A stretch of DNA of 64,000 bases, taken from assembly GCA_905178155.1 (NCBI GenBank), contig CAJINV010000001.1:853643-917642 (forward strand), read 5' to 3'. Origin of the DNA: Amoebophrya sp. A120 (taxonomy: Eukaryota > Protista > Dinoflagellata). The position numbers and the translations under genes are program-made. Numbering within the stretch: position 1 is the stretch's first letter; the number at the start of each line of letters is the position of its first letter. The notes beneath the pieces were generated by a model. The model ran no database searches, was not told where the DNA came from, and saw only the letters and a list, made by a program, of their open reading frames with translations. Positions 62,401-64,000 of this stretch are shown here, piece by piece.

Positions 62401-64000
62401 AGGGCGGGGAAAAAACGCCGAGTCCAGGCAAGCCCGGACGAAGCGGAGATTCTAGATAGAGGACAGAGAACCAGCGGAAGCTGGTCGACATCGGGCAGCC
62501 AGCCCGACGTCGGAGTGTGCAACCCTCTTGCTTGATCATGTAAATTGATATAACTGCTACGCACGACATATATATTATATAAGGCAAACTTTGGGGCCGG
62601 AGAGGGTAGGGTAGAGGTTGGGGAGAGGTTCGGGAGAGGTAAAATAGAGGGTCGGAGAGGTAAAGTAGAGGGTCGGAGAAAATGAGAGGGTCGGGGAGAG
62701 GTAAAACGAGAGGGAAAATAGAGGTAAGGGAGAGGGTGCGTAGTATGTACGCCCTTAAAGCGCGCCTATACGCGCGCAGAGGTAGGGTAGAGGTTGGAGA
62801 GAGGTCAAATAGAGGATAGGGGAAGAGGGTGCAGAGGGTCGGAGAGGGTGCGCAGTATAGGGAGACCCTCTAGGCGACCCTCTACCGCGACCCTCTCCCG
62901 GGGCCTCTATTTTACCTCTCGGCCGACCCTCTCGGGACCTCCCCGACCCTCTCCCGGACCCTCTCCCGGACCCTCTCCGGGAACCTCTCCGACCCTCTCC
63001 CGGAACCTCTCAGAAGCTCTCTCCCCGACCCTCTCCCGGACCCTCTCCCGGACCCTCTCCCGGAACCTCTACCGGAACCGCCCTTGCAGTGCAGTTCGCC
63101 CGCCTGCGCGCACTACCTGTATCTTAAAGTAAGAATGCAACTAGGGCCCAAAAGTTAAGGTCTGCAAGTCTTTTGACTCCAGGCCAGGGCGGCTGTTCAA
63201 AGTGCATGCGCCGCTCTGCGTCCCCCTGGGGGGGCGCGGCGCCGCGCCTTAACGTAGGCGGCCACCTAGGGTGGCCGCAACTTCACACAACGCCCGCGCG
63301 CGGGCAACAGGTGCGGCGACTTTGTAGCGCAGTGAAAGTGGTTGTGACCAAAGTAGCGAAAGTGTTTCTGTGCCCGCTGTCTCTCGGCGCATAAGTAGCT
63401 AATAACTCTCGGCATGCACAGGCAAGCCTCGCGGCGTGCTCGCCGATTTAGCTTATTGCAGCGCGCTAGTTTTTTAAGGGCGTCTTTCGTGTTCAGGGTG
63501 CACATCTACAGCAAACTCCGCCCCTAAGAAAGGCCAAAAACCTCCGTTCCCAGGCGCTGCTGTTTTCGGAAGCAAAGTAGGAGCACAGGCCGCGGCGGTT
63601 TCGCTGCGGGTGTGCGTTGCGCTTTCTGGGCCAAAGCCGTCAGAGCGGCGCGGCCCCGCCTGCCTTTTTGGCTGTGTAGCGGCGCGCTACCCTTGGCACC
63701 GCCTTCCCCGTTGGAACACCTCCCCCGAACAGCCTCCCTCCCCGGCGGCCTCCGCCGGGGGGTGGCTGGTAAGAATGATATGCTAGATCTGTGATGCTGC
63801 TGGTGCTGGACCAGCTAAACAGCATTACACTACGAAGCAAAACCTGTCATGCGCAACAACCATAGCTGGCTGATTTGTGTAGCAGATTTCCCATCTTGAC
63901 TCTGGGGTGGGGACGTTCTTACACAGGATATCCTCCGCGGCGCCGTCACTCTCCTCGGACACCGCATATTCGTCGATGGGGTCTGGCTCGAAATCCGCAC
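56450..64000 (-). CDS. C2-domain protein (5' partial) with six introner introns
   Basis: VYLRGASNVPQADVLTLSDPYIQV...PEWSE...LLDANGVFSVSDTPIG. Continuous frame across GAAEE|LV, QKA|QM, DGI|LA, FLP|DP, AA|RV and KL|CG. Confidence 0.85.
58023..58274. mobile_element. Introner-like element, family B
   Basis: TIR TATCAAATGTAAAA.TGTCTGGGTCTGGAA; DR ACAGC. Confidence 0.94.
58370..58645. mobile_element. Introner-like element, family B
   Basis: Degenerate family B TIR; imperfect DR TTGCG/GTGCG. Confidence 0.88.
58691..58955. mobile_element. Introner-like element, family B
   Basis: TIR core TGTAAAA.TGTCTGGGTCTGGAA; DR GGGCA. Confidence 0.93.
59365..59587. mobile_element. Introner-like element, family G-related (degenerate)
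   Basis: TATGAGAGTG...CACTCTCCTA; DR GAATG. Confidence 0.8.
59643..59904. mobile_element. Introner-like element, family B (inverted homolog of 23421-23682)
   Basis: TIR with TCT in place of TAT at the left end; DR GCCTT. Confidence 0.92.
60586..62565. repeat. Tandem array, 4 x 495 bp
   Basis: Units start at 60586, 61081, 61576 and 62071 (TTATATAAATTCAC...); they appear identical. Confidence 0.97.
62598..63075. repeat. GAGAGGGT / ACCCTCTC inverted minisatellite (foldback)
   Basis: Purine-rich GAGAGG(G)T units to about 62860, followed by complementary ACCCTCTCCCGG units. Confidence 0.8.

Larger units (their letters stand above)
60586..63769 (+). mobile_element. Non-autonomous Helitron-like element
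   Basis: Inserted at A|T with no TSD; ends CTGG (CTRR); hairpin CCCCGGCGG-CCT-CCGCCGGGG at 63740-63760; 5' end is TT rather than TC. Confidence 0.7.
60462..63930. mobile_element. Family D introner split by a nested 3.2-kb insertion
   Basis: Halves 60462-60585 and 63770-63930 sum to 285 bp and align with 24890-25169; DR TCCTC. Confidence 0.9.

Noticed and set aside
60501-62564. 687-aa ORF
   Set aside because: Product of a GC-rich 495-bp (3n) array inside an intron; no ATG start or recognisable domain.
60586-62565. CRISPR array
   Set aside because: Identical long units without unique spacers, no cas genes, and a eukaryotic context.
1-64000. Transposase, reverse transcriptase, maturase, tRNA, rRNA or snRNA genes
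   Set aside because: None recognised by eye; the elements are too short and lack evident group I or II intron cores.

Overview
Eukaryotic, gene-dense DNA. Every credible gene lies on the minus strand, and there is one N gap (8798-9741). Unidirectional clusters, divergent proteins with low-complexity insertions, and a mix of GT-AG and non-canonical introns suggest a syndinian dinoflagellate such as Amoebophrya (inference). The dominant system is a set of 23 MITE-like introner elements of 145-355 bp, in about 8 terminal-inverted-repeat (TIR) families. They are bounded TAT...ATA and flanked by 5-bp direct repeats (DRs). Removing an element plus one repeat restores the reading frame at all 22 coding insertions, yet no GT-AG boundary is possible for any of them. 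The window also shows close copies in opposite orientations, paralogous empty sites supporting a 5-bp target duplication, and a shared, apparently phased internal motif. Further signals are a possible excision footprint in a cytochrome b5 gene, a second larger element class that creates GT-AG introns, and a Helitron-like insertion with a 4x495-bp array nested in an introner. Genes include prolyl 4-hydroxylase-like, ATP-grasp, RPS27, HAD, cytochrome b5, AP2-like, pectinacetylesterase/Notum, anoctamin, methyltransferase, KH, AlkB-like, CGFS glutaredoxin, EamA/DMT, PPP1R42-like and C2-domain proteins. All splicing is inferred from DNA alone.
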